DNA of 64,000 nt from Callorhinchus milii. Taxonomy: Eukaryota. The translations under genes were made by a program, and so were the position numbers. This document shows, piece after piece, positions 53,556-64,000 of the stretch (the first letter of the stretch is position 1; every line of letters starts with the position of its first letter). Under the pieces are notes generated by a model that was not told where the DNA came from, ran no database searches, and was given only the letters and a program-made list of their open reading frames with translations. The stretch covers positions 8,000,001 to 8,064,000 of the forward strand of contig NW_024704743.1 in NCBI RefSeq assembly GCF_018977255.1, read 5' to 3'.

Positions 53556-56147
53556 ATCATCAGCATCAATAATCTTTCGAAGTATCCATTGTATTTTAAT
53601 AAGCTTCAGATCCGCCCACCTCCTTCAATCAGAACTTAGTGTAACAGGTTGTGCTTGAAGACCTTCCTCTTCGGCGGTGCCTACAGTCATCTTCCCCCTC
53701 CCCTTGGCTCGCATCAGGCTCTGCCACTGTTATGCGCTCTGAGACTCCGTCCAGCATAAAGGGCGCTAGGGCAAGTTGTACCCATAAGGACATAGGCATT
53801 ATTTTAGCCTAATCAAATTTGTTAAGAGACATCTGATATTCCTTCGTCAAAGGTAGGGCACTCTGATCAAAAGATTATACAGCTTTAGGGAGAGAGCACT
53901 GCAAGATGACCCTAAATTTTGGCAGATTATAACAATGTGTTTGGATAAAGCTCGCATTTTCACATTCCTTATTTGAAAGAAATTGCAGATACCTCCATTA
54001 TCAAATAGGACTGCAAGTCTTTCTTGAACAAATCTAGTATTCCTTCATGAATTTGCAGCCAGAGCTACATTTCTGCACCAAAAAGAAGCAAGGTTATTAT
54101 CTACAACATCTGTACATGACCATGTTAACAGGAAGAGCGCTAGAGGCCAGGATCCTGGACTAATTTAAGAAACAGCTTGATGCTGTAATGGAAAGATGGT
54201 AGTGTTGATATTCAGGAAGGATGAGATCAAACAGACTAAAAACTATTTTTCCAAACCTCTCCTGATATTGTGATAAAGTCCTTAAAGAAACACCAAAACC
54301 TTGAACTAAATATTTCCTTCAATTATTTGTAACTATTGTATTTTAGGTTTATTTAATATTAGCTTAGTCCTTGTTGTATGATTTTATTAAATCAATCAAG
54401 TTTTAGCCTGCAAATCTGTGTTCTTATAAGATTTTCTTCCAAGAATAGCGATGAAGCAAAACTCTGTGTTTGATCCAATTGGAGCTATTCAGTCCTAGAG
54501 TTGATTTTTAGACTTTGGGCCACACTTACTGTAATGGCCAACAAGAAAAAGGTGCAGATTCCATCTCATAGAGGACAAAAATCGTTTATGGCAACTACAG
54601 TCAATCTAGTTAGGAATCAGTACAAAAGTTCTAAATTGTAACATGTTATGACAATATGGTATCACTTGCACAGTACTGCAAGATCAGCTGGAATCCTTTT
54701 TCTGGCTGAGCTAAAAACAAATGTAGGTCCCAGATGTGAAATTAAAGCATCCTAATCCACTGTACTTTACGCTGCTACCAGTTATTTTAATTAGATTGCA
54801 ATGACAATGCCTCAGTTGCTGCATAAATTCTGAATCAGACTCCATGGCAGCATCTCACAAATGATATGCACTACTACACATGTATAAAGAAGTGAGGTCT
54901 GACCTTTGGACAATTATATTCATGTCACTGAACAAGACAAATGCAGCATCAAATCCACCCCATAAAATTGTATTCCTTGTATTTAATATAGCACCTTATC
55001 CCATCAAATTACTTAACAGAGGTTTCTGTTAAGGTAGTGGCTAGATTTTGTAGGTGAACCCAGCAACCAAATTACACGAAGAACTACAACAACAACTTGC
55101 ATTTATATAGTGCCCTCCACGCATCTCGTAGCACTTAGACTATCCCACAAAAGGCCGTGAAGTGAATGACCAATTTTATTTTGTCTGAGGGTTTGTAACC
55201 CTGGACATCAGTAAAACTTCCTTTCAATTTTCAAATGGTGCTATGGGACAACAACAACAACAAATCCACCTGAACAGACAGGGCCTTGGCTTAATTTCTC
55301 ATCAAAGGACAACACCTCTGACAATGTCGGATTTCCCCAGTCAGCCCTGTATCGGAGTGTCAACCTCGACTACATGCTTAAAGTCCCAAAAGGCATCTTG
55401 AACCCACAACCATTTGACTCAGAAGCGAGAGTGCGACTGAGTCTGGATTATACCCAAACTTTAATGTGTTATTGCCAGCAATGTGTGCTTATCGTAAATG
55501 TTCGGGAGAAATAATACAACAGATGTATTGCACAAGCTCATTATACGAAGAATCAAACATGTACAGTACAAAGGGTCCAAAAACTGTAATAAAAAATGCA
55601 ATTCCAATCCTGGAATAAAACTTATTTAAAGCAGTCGATGCATCCAACCAATATAAATGAACATGCACACCGTGCATGATGAAAGAATGTTGTGTAAAAG
55701 TTATATTCACTCCGTTTTTTTGAATCAATTAATTCTACATCTAGTCACAGCTCAAATTTGCAGCAGACTTAAAATATTTCTGCATCAGTATTACAAATCA
55801 GAATTTAAAATATCATAAACCGCAGCAAACTCTGAATAACATGTTAATCTGGTGACGTGATTGTTGTGCTTTATATTCCTTCAGAGTACACAAACAGTTA
55901 AGAAAGGCATTTGTAAATCATGTCAGTTTACCTTCAATAATTACTAGTTCCTCTTTATTATTTTATCTTTGCATTAATTATCAAAGCAAAACGTGGGCTA
56001 TGATTGTTATTTAATTTAAATAAAATTAAAACTAAAGCTAAATTTAAAATCATTTAAAGCTGACAATCCAAACTGCGTTCAGTGCCGCCAAAAAAGTAAA
56101 GCACAGTGCAAAAAAGTAATGATCGTAGTGCAATATTAAAGTTATTT

Positions 56148-56470
56148 GTGGAGTCCTGTAGCTCAGTGGTTAGAGCACTCACTTTGCAAGTGAGAGACCT
56201 GAGTTCAATTCCAGGCAGAGGGCGAAACCTTGGGCAAGTTTCCTTACCCCACACACCTAATAATAATCCCTCCAAAAAAACAAAAACAATAATAAATTGG
56301 TCATTTTCAATCTACGACTGTTTGTGGGACATTGCTGTGCGCAATTGGCTGCCGCGTTCGCCCACAAATATACAGTCAATTCACTTTACAGTGTGTTCTG
56401 TGAAGCGCTTTGGGACGTCCTCCCGACGTGAAAAGCGCTATATCAAATGCAAGGATTATTATTATTATTA
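56148..56470 (+). mobile_element. tRNA-derived SINE, young short subfamily
   Basis: Head with A box (tagctcagtggttaga) and B box (gttcaattcc), CORE-like accttgggcaagtt, L2-like tail and (TTA)n; near-identical to copies at 28.1, 43.6 and 49.0 kb. Confidence 0.95.
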
Positions 56471-56792
56471 AATGTTAATTTAATATTAAATTGCTATTTG
56501 TTAACAACGATTCGCGTTCAAATGCAATTGGATTGAGATCGGAATCTATTTTCTAACGTTGGTTCAAATTCGTAGTCAGTGTTTACGTTTCTATAAAAGT
56601 GTAACTTTCTGTCACGTTTCCGGGGATACGGATCAATTGTCATTAACCAAAATGTATAATAAATACAGACAGTTAAGGGGTGAGTTTATTCCCCCAATTT
56701 ACTTCACGTCACCTGAGTTCCTAATTCTTGTAAATATTGGATGAAATTTGGAAATAAAGTAAAGTAAAAGGTGAGGATTTCCGCTGCCCCAC

Positions 56793-57451
56793 AGGGGGTC
56801 CCCGGGAGGGGGGGGTCCCCGGGAGGGGGGGGGTCCCCGGGAGGGGGGGGGGTCCCCGGGAGGGGGGGGGGTCCCCGGGAGGGGGGGTCCCCGGGAGGGG
56901 GGGGGTCCCCGGGAGGGGGGGGTCCCCGGGAGGGGGGGTCCCCGGGAGGGGGGGGTCCCCGGGAGGGGAGGGGTAGGGGGGAGGGGGGTCCCCGGGGAGG
57001 GGTAGGGGGGAGGGGGGTCCCCGGGAGGGGGGGTCCCGGGAGGGGGGGTCCCCGGAGGGAGGGGAGGGGGGGGGGTCCCCGGGGAGGGGTAGGGGGAGGG
57101 GAGGGTCCCCGGGAGGGGGGGTCCCCGGGAGGGGAGGGGGGGTCCCGGGGGGGGGGAGGGGAGGGGGGGTCCCCGGGAGGGGGGGGAGGGGAGGGGGGGT
57201 CCCCGGGAGGGGGGGTCCCCGGGAGGGGAGGGGTAGGGGGGAGGGGGGGTCCCGGGGAGGGGTAGGGGGAGGGGAGGGTCCCGGGAGGGGGGGTCCCGGG
57301 AGGGGAGGGGGGTCCCCGGGAGGGGGGGAGGGGAGGGGGGTCCCCGGGAGGGGAGGGGGGGTCCCCGGGAGGGGGGGTCCCCGGGAGGGGAGGGGTAGGG
57401 GGAGGGGAGGGGGGGGTCCCCGGGAGGGGGGGGGAGGGGGAGGGGAGGGGC
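56793..57451. repeat. G-rich tandem repeat (CCCCGGGAGGGGGG(G)nT, about 16-18 bp, with GGGGAGGGGTAGGGGG spacers)
   Basis: Directly visible; source of the Pro/Gly-rich pseudo-ORFs. Confidence 0.95.
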
Positions 57452-58139
57452 ACAGTGCAGATGAGCAGCTGAAAGCCGAGTCCCAGTTGCTGATCGGGTT
57501 TGACAGTTGATCGCCGCTCCGGTTACGCACTTTTGGAGCAGAGAGAGAGATCTCACACTGTAAACCAAATTGTTTAAGACAAAACAATCCAAACCCCTCT
57601 CTCTGTGGCAAATACCTCCACACAGTGCGGCATCAAAACCGCCAGAGGTACAGCAGCGCGCGCGGCACTGAGCACTCAATACATCGCGCGATGGATGAGG
57701 AGAGACCGAGAGAAACAATTCCACTCCAAACAAAACCCCTCCATCGGCGCCTTCAACAGGAACGTCACTTCTAAAAGAAAAATAAACGCCACTTCAAATA
57801 TTACGCGAACCTTTATTTGTTGAGCAAAAACCCCCCACAAAAAACCCGCATAACGCGATAAATACTCCTGTCCTGTGCCGTCTGATGGCGACGGCGACTG
57901 TCTGAGCCCCTCTGTGAGTGTGCACTGTGTTGTCGTCCCCCCACTCCATCATTATTATTATTATTACTACAATGATAACGATTATTATTTTTAAAAAAAA
58001 TGATTCCGTGGCTCTCAACTAAAGTCTGCGCGGTGCAGACCCCCAAACTGAACTGCTCATCTGTGCGAGGAAACGACAGTCTGACTCCACCATTATTATT
58101 TTTGTGATTATTGTTGTTGTTGTTATTGATCACCGCGGT

Positions 58140-58378
58140 CCGGGGGGGGGGCCGTGAGGGGGGGGGGCGTGAGGGGGGGGGCGGGCAGTGAGGTGGGGGC
58201 GGGGGGGCCGGGCCGGGGGGTGGGTCGGGGGGGCGGGCAGTGAGGTGGGGGCGGGGGCCGGGCCGGGGGGGGGGGGGGGCGGGCCAGGGGGGGGGGGCGG
58301 GCCGGGGGGGGGTGGGTCGGGGGGGGCCGGGCAGTGAGGTGGGGGCGGGGGCCGGGGCCGGGGTCGGGGGGGGGGGTG
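58140..58378. repeat. G-rich repeat with three GGGCAGTGAGGTGGGGGCGGGGG units
   Basis: Directly visible. Confidence 0.9.
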
Positions 58379-58792
58379 ACCGGTGGTGTATTGGGGGCGG
58401 GTTTCCCGCGCTCCATTCAAATTTCTCGCCACAGAACGTATCCCCCAAAAAAGAATCGAACGCGCAGAGCGAGAGCGAGAGAGTGCGCGCGCGCAGCGAG
58501 GGGTGGGGGGCGGGGGGGGGGTCACCATCTCCTGGGTAACCCGTTACCAGGGCAGCGGCTGTACTGGGCTCGAGCGAGCGAGCGAGTGAGTGAGTGAGTG
58601 CGTGCTGTCGTAAAATTTATGGGGGGGGGGAGGGAGGCGGGCGGTGGTGGAGGTGGAGGAGAGAGAGAGAGCGCGAGAGAGGGGAAAGTGTCGCAAAGAG
58701 GTGGGTCGGGCGGGCGGGCGGTCGGTTGCACGCGCTGCGCGTCCGTCCTGGAATTTGACAGCGCTTATCAATGAAAGGAGAGCGAGCGGATC

Positions 58793-58850
58793 ATGGCGGA
58801 TGGCCCCAGGTGTAAGCGCAGAAAGCAGGCGAACCCGAGGAGGAAAACCG
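58793..58850 (+). CDS. ZEB1: ZEB1 (zinc finger E-box-binding homeobox 1) first coding exon; intron 1 runs beyond the window end
   Basis: ATG in strong context (ggatcATGG) encodes MADGPRCKRRKQANPRRKT, the ZEB N-terminus. The 58 coding nt end at a phase-1 donor G|GTGAGT (58851). There is no in-frame MKQPI extension as in ZEB2, and the exon sits in a CpG-rich first-exon setting, which favours ZEB1. Confidence 0.9.
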
Positions 58851-58932
58851 GTGAGTGGAGTTTGGAGAGAGGTGGGAGAGAGAGTGAGTGTGTGAGAGAG
58901 AGAGAGTGTGTGAGAGTGAGAGAGATCACTGT

Positions 58933-58964
<32 letters not shown>

Positions 58965-59159
58965 GGGCAAAAGGGGGGTAACTCCAGAGAGGGTCAGGGA
59001 GAAGGTGCTCTCCGGGAAGGGAGGAGAGGGGGAGAGAGAGAGTCCCGGTCGAAGTGTTCGGGCGGCGTTTCTGTTCTGTCTTCAGTGCCGGGGCTCGGGC
59101 TGCGGGGATTGTAAAGTGTTGTTAAAAGTTATAATTGGACAGTTCTGCTGCCGTTTCTC

Positions 59160-59162
<3 letters not shown>

Positions 59163-59202
<40 letters not shown>

Positions 59203-59466
59203 TGAGTGTGTGAGTGAGTGTGTGAGTGAGTGTGAGAGAGTGAGTGTGAGAGAGAGTGAGTGTGTGAGAGAGAGAGTGAGTGTGTGAGAGAGTGAGTGAG
59301 AGAGAGAGAGTGAGTGTGAGAGAGAGAGTGAGTGTGAGAGAGAGAGAGAGTGAGAGAGTGAGTGTGTGAGAGAGAGAGAGTGAGTGTGAGAGAGAGAGAG
59401 AGAGAGTGAGTGTGAGAGAGAGAGAGAGAGTGAGTGTGTGAGAGAGTGAGAGAGAGAGAGAGAGTG
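59163..59466. repeat. Compound (TG)n/(GA)n/(GAGT)n microsatellite in ZEB1 intron 1
   Basis: Directly visible. Confidence 0.95.
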
Positions 59467-59567
59467 GGGTGTCAGAGCGGTTACCTGGCCTCCCGCCGCC
59501 CTAGCGGTTCACTGGCCCCTGGACCGTTATTCTTCGCCGCCGCACCCACTTACTCTCCCCCCTGACC

Positions 59568-59604
<37 letters not shown>

Positions 59605-59809
59605 TTTTTATATATATATAAATAAAATCCGCGACAACCAACCAACTACCCCCGACACGCGCGCACACAGAGAGCGAATTAATTCAATTACTCAGACATT
59701 AACAACAAACTTGCCCGGGAATCAATCCACCTCACCAACTCCTCGCAAACTCTCTGTGTGTGTGGGGTGGGGGAGGAGAAACTATTACTTAATTATTTCT
59801 CCCCTCTCT

Positions 59810-60755
59810 ACACCCCCTCACCCTCCTCCTTCCCACCACACACTAACCCCCCTCACCACCACCACACACTACCCCACACTACACCCCCCCTCACCACCAC
59901 CACACCATTACCCCTCACCACCACCACACCATTACCCCTCACCACCACCACACCACCCCCCCTCACCACCCCACACTACCCCCCCTCACCACCCCACACT
60001 ACCCCCCCCTTACCACCCCACACTACCCCCCCTCACCACCACCACACACTAACCCCCTCACCACCACCACACACTAACCCCCCCTCACCACCACCACACA
60101 CTACCCCTCACTACCCCACACTACACCCCCCACACTACACACCCCCTCACCACCACAACACCATTACCCCTCACCACCACCACACCATTACCCCTCACCA
60201 CCACAACACCATTACCCCTCACCACCACCACACCATTACCCCTCACCACCCCACACTACCCCCCCTCACCACCCCACACTACCCCCCCCTCACCACCACC
60301 ACACCATACCCCTCACCACCACCACACCATACCCCTCACCACCACCACACCATACCCCTCACCACCACCACACCATACCCCTCACCACCACCACACACTA
60401 CCCCCCTCACCACCACCACACACTACCCCCTCACCACCACCACACACTACCCCCTCACCACCACCACACACTACCCCCTCACCACCACCACACACTACCC
60501 CCTCACCACCACCACACACTACCCCCTCACCACCACCACACACTACCCCCTCACCATCACCACACACTACCCCCCATCACCACCACATACTACACCCCCT
60601 CATTCCTCTCATCACCAACACACTCCCCCCTCATCCCCACCACACACTATCCCCCCCTCATCCCCCTCATCACCACCACACACATTACCCCCCCATCACC
60701 ACCACGCACTACCCCCCATCACCACCACACCCCCCCCCAATCACCACCACACACT
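59810..60755. repeat. C/A-rich degenerate minisatellite (CACCACCACACACTACCCCCT-like)
   Basis: Directly visible. Confidence 0.95.
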
Positions 60756-60825
60756 CCCATTGGATTTGAAGTGAAGGAAAGAGATTTTTTTTATTAGAAA
60801 ACTTAATACCTGGCGCTGTTGGGAG

Positions 60826-61044
60826 ATGTTTGTGTGTGTTGTATGTGTGGTATGTGTTGTTTGTGTGTGTGTTGTTTGTGTGTGTGTGTGGTGTGTTTGT
60901 GTGTGTGTGTGTGTTGTGTTTGTGTGTGTTGTTTGTGTGTGTGGTGTGTGTTGTTTGTGTGTGTGTTGTTTGTGTGTGTGTTGTGTGTTGTTTGTGTGTG
61001 TGTTGTGTGTTTGTGTGTGTGGTGTGTGTGCGCGCGCGTGTGTG
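60826..61044. repeat. Imperfect (GT)n/(GTT) microsatellite
   Basis: Directly visible. Confidence 0.95.
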
Positions 61045-62674
61045 AAAACAAAAAAAAGTCTTTAAAAAATATTTGATGTGTTTCTTTAAAAAGTCGATAT
61101 ACACATGTGTGTGTGTATGTGTATATATGTATATATATCGAGAGAGAGAGAGCGAGAGCGCCGCCGGGTCTGGACGCTGGGTTTCCTTCTCCCGGTGGTA
61201 CCTGTTTGGTGCCGGAATGGAATGGGTGGTAACGGTTTTGCGGGAGCGGATTGCGGGCCCTCTGCTGTGGTGTATCTCCCCCCTCCCTCCCTCCCTCCCT
61301 CCCCCCTCCCTGGCCGCCCGGCCCGGCTCGGCCCGGCCGACTGACTGACTGACTGACTCTCAGCAGAACAAGCTATATAAGGAATACATTTACATTACAG
61401 CGGGGAGAGAGACTTGCATTTTTTTCCTTGTTTATTTAAACTTTTTTGTGTGTGTGTGTGTTTTCTCTTCTCTTAAATGTGACTAATTTGAGAACATTAT
61501 TAGTGTGTGTGTGTGTATATATATATATATACACACACACATTAGTGCCTTCGTCAAGGTGTTGATTATCTTCCAGTCTGGAAACTGCGTCTAATTATTT
61601 TTAAAAAAATATGATCAATGTTTATTTTCAGACGATTGGGGGGGGGGGATTTTTCCTTTGGGAAACCTTATAAACTTCAGACTCGTTTCCCCGCATTTGA
61701 GAGGGGGGGGGATTTTGCGTGCGTTTTTCCCGTGTAATCGCCCTCCTCCATTTCCCCCCCCCCCCTCCCAGACCACCCCCCACCTTAATAATAATAAAAA
61801 AGTTAAAATTGCTCTTGCAGTAGATGCGCACTTTCACGTTTGTCAAAAAAAAATCTTAGTCTGGCATTTTTATAAATTATTTTCGTACAATCATTATTGC
61901 GGTTGATGCTAAGTTGAGGGGCTTTTCCTGCTGACGAAATTGTGACATGTGCGCCTGGCCACAGAGAGAGAGAGGGAGAGAGAGAGAGCCACAGAGAGAG
62001 AGGGAGGGAGGGAGGGAGAGAGAGAGAGCCAGAGAGAGAGGAGCCATGTAAACATGTTTACCTGAAAAATGGGGCTGCGACGTTAAGCTGGGATTGAGGG
62101 GGGTGGCGGGGGGGGAAGCAAACACCTGGATCTTTTATTATTTTCTAAAAAGGAAAACGATGCGTTAGTGAAAAGGGGACTTTTTTTAAAAAAAAAGAAA
62201 ACCAAACACTCTTTCCATTCAGCAGGGAAACCGATTCCTGATTGTCGAGCCGAGCTGACAAGCTGCAGCAAATGGCAACTTGTGCAGGTAGAAATGGTGT
62301 TAGTTTCAGCCCCTCCGTCTGCTTCATTCTCATGGGAGAGATTTATTTACCATGGTTGCAGTCAGGTTATTTTCCTTTGTGTTTTAGACGAGTGTTTTTT
62401 GTTTGAACCCACCTTGAGATTTTTTTTCGAGGGGGGGGAGGAATTATGAATAGAGCATCGGAAATGGTCGAAATCTATCGAGGTAGTTGATACTTGCAGC
62501 CTTTTTTTTTGTATTTTTATTGGGATGTGCAGTGTTTTTTCCCGTCTTGCCGATGGCTATCTAACGCGTGTGGTTTCCTCTGTGTGTGTCTGTGTGTGTG
62601 GGGAGGGGGTGAGTCCTTTAATATCTGATGAGATTGCCGCCTGGGAGGGAGGGAGGGAGGGAGGGCGCTCCTGC

Positions 62675-62705
<31 letters not shown>

Positions 62706-64000
62706 AGGCAGAGAATGACTGTGTTTTGGGTGGTGGTGGTGTTTTTTTAGCAGGACGTGCGCACAGGTAATATACGTGGTGGGCGCAATAAGCAATTTTA
62801 TCGAAAGTGCTGAGTTGTGTCCGTTTCTGTCAGTCTGAGGAGGAAAAACAAACCTGGTCATAACCGATTGTGGCACATAGTGTACAGCGAAGAGCTCTGG
62901 ATCGCTAATCCTATTGGGGCAGTCATAAATCTTTAATATTTTTTTCAGAGAGTGCGTTATGCTCTGTCTGCCCACTAGGGCCGCCCTCGGTATCTCCAGA
63001 TTAAAACGTTTACTTCATTTATTTTTCCTTTAGGTACAAATGTTAGAAATGGGTTACTGTTCACAGGTAAACGCAGATAAACAAAGTATGATTTATTTTT
63101 GACGTGCGCGCCATGTCCAACTTTTGCCGATGTATGTATTTACCCGAGTGTTAAATTCTCTATCTTTAGTTTTCAAACGTGTTTCGGTTATACCGAGCAA
63201 TAAATTACACAGATTATTTTTTCATCAGTAGGGCTTCGTTCCATTGAAATTGAGGGTACGTGGTTAGGGACTTACCCTGACTGTTTCCTATTTTGAAGCG
63301 TGCTTTGCTTTACTGAAACCAACAGGATGAGTGTTTTTTCATATCTTACTGATGTGCTGAGATATTGTGTGTGAATACACCTATTTTGCTCATTTTGATT
63401 GGGAGTTAAATAATGAGTTTGAGCCTGAAAATAAGCAAGTTTCACTAACTATTTGAATCAATTTACTGTACTTGTTTTAGTCAATCAAATAGATATCTAT
63501 CTAATCGTATGAAGTAAAATGGAGAGGGTTACCTGTTGTATAAAATTGGCTTGCGTATTCAGATTTTAATTATCATACTTTGATGAACGACACAAGATGT
63601 TTTAGGGGGATTTAGGAACAATTAAGAACATAAATTATCTCTTTTGGAATACAGCTTTAAAAAGTGTTTGAGCATTTTGTGCTCCAAGTGAAGGTTGTGA
63701 ATTCTGGGAACATGGTTTAGTTTTACATTTGGCACCAAGCTCTGTCTGCCCTGCCCAAACATTGTCAGCCTTCGAATATAATAATAATCCTTGTATTTGA
63801 ATACCACTTTCCACTTAGTGTTAACGTCTTCTTCCCACACCAGTCTGAGTGACATTGTCTATTTATGCTGAATTATTGACAATTTGGAGTTGTGAACTTT
63901 TGTTCACCACTGGACTGAGATTGCCTGTGAGTTCAGGCAGAAAAGATACTTAACATATCAGTTTTTACTGTTTTGAAGCTTCTGTCCAAGCAGTAGAAGA

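Larger units (their letters stand above)
57470..59150. promoter_or_regulatory. CpG-rich promoter / 5' region of ZEB1
   Basis: Sharp rise in CpG and GC, GC boxes (ggggcggg), E2F-like TTTCCCGC at 58402, X-box-like GTTACCAGGGCAGC at 58543, no recognisable transposons, surrounds the first coding exon. Confidence 0.75.

Noticed and set aside
56148..56225. tRNA-like sequence with TGC anticodon, and similar heads elsewhere
   Set aside because: SINE heads: always followed by the SINE body and tail, and lacking a proper acceptor stem
56699..58597. Collagen/extensin/formin-like Pro- and Gly-rich ORFs
   Set aside because: Arise from G/C-run repeats
58793..58850. Assignment as ZEB2
   Set aside because: No in-frame MKQPI leader, a 58-nt coding first exon, and codons match my recollection of ZEB1; not fully excluded without downstream exons or synteny
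59711..61104. His/Thr/Pro-rich and Cys/Val-rich ORFs
   Set aside because: Simple-repeat translations within intron 1

Overview
Vertebrate genomic DNA. The SINE/LINE repertoire suggests a cartilaginous fish, probably a chimaera (inference). About 57 kb of repeat-rich intergenic sequence leads into the promoter, first coding exon (58793-58850, MADGPRCKRRKQANPRRKT) and start of intron 1 of ZEB1 on the + strand. The upstream region holds many tRNA-derived SINEs (a CORE-like and a Deu-like family sharing an L2-type 3' stem-loop tail), 5'-truncated L2 and CR1 LINE fragments, and small hAT and L1-like remnants. There are two copies of a CGGBP1-like hAT DNA transposon. One keeps an intron-split zinc-finger region and a DETTD motif. 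The other holds a 2.6-kb, 32-bp minisatellite in which nearly every unit carries a CAGGTG E2-box, the site ZEB proteins bind. Also present are an unidentified repeat with five co-oriented copies at 5-13 kb, a 24-bp minisatellite, and G4/Z/H-DNA-prone tracts around the ZEB1 promoter. Most ORFs in the track are spurious. No complete new biological system is demonstrable from sequence alone; the best candidate is a transposon-derived E-box array upstream of ZEB1.
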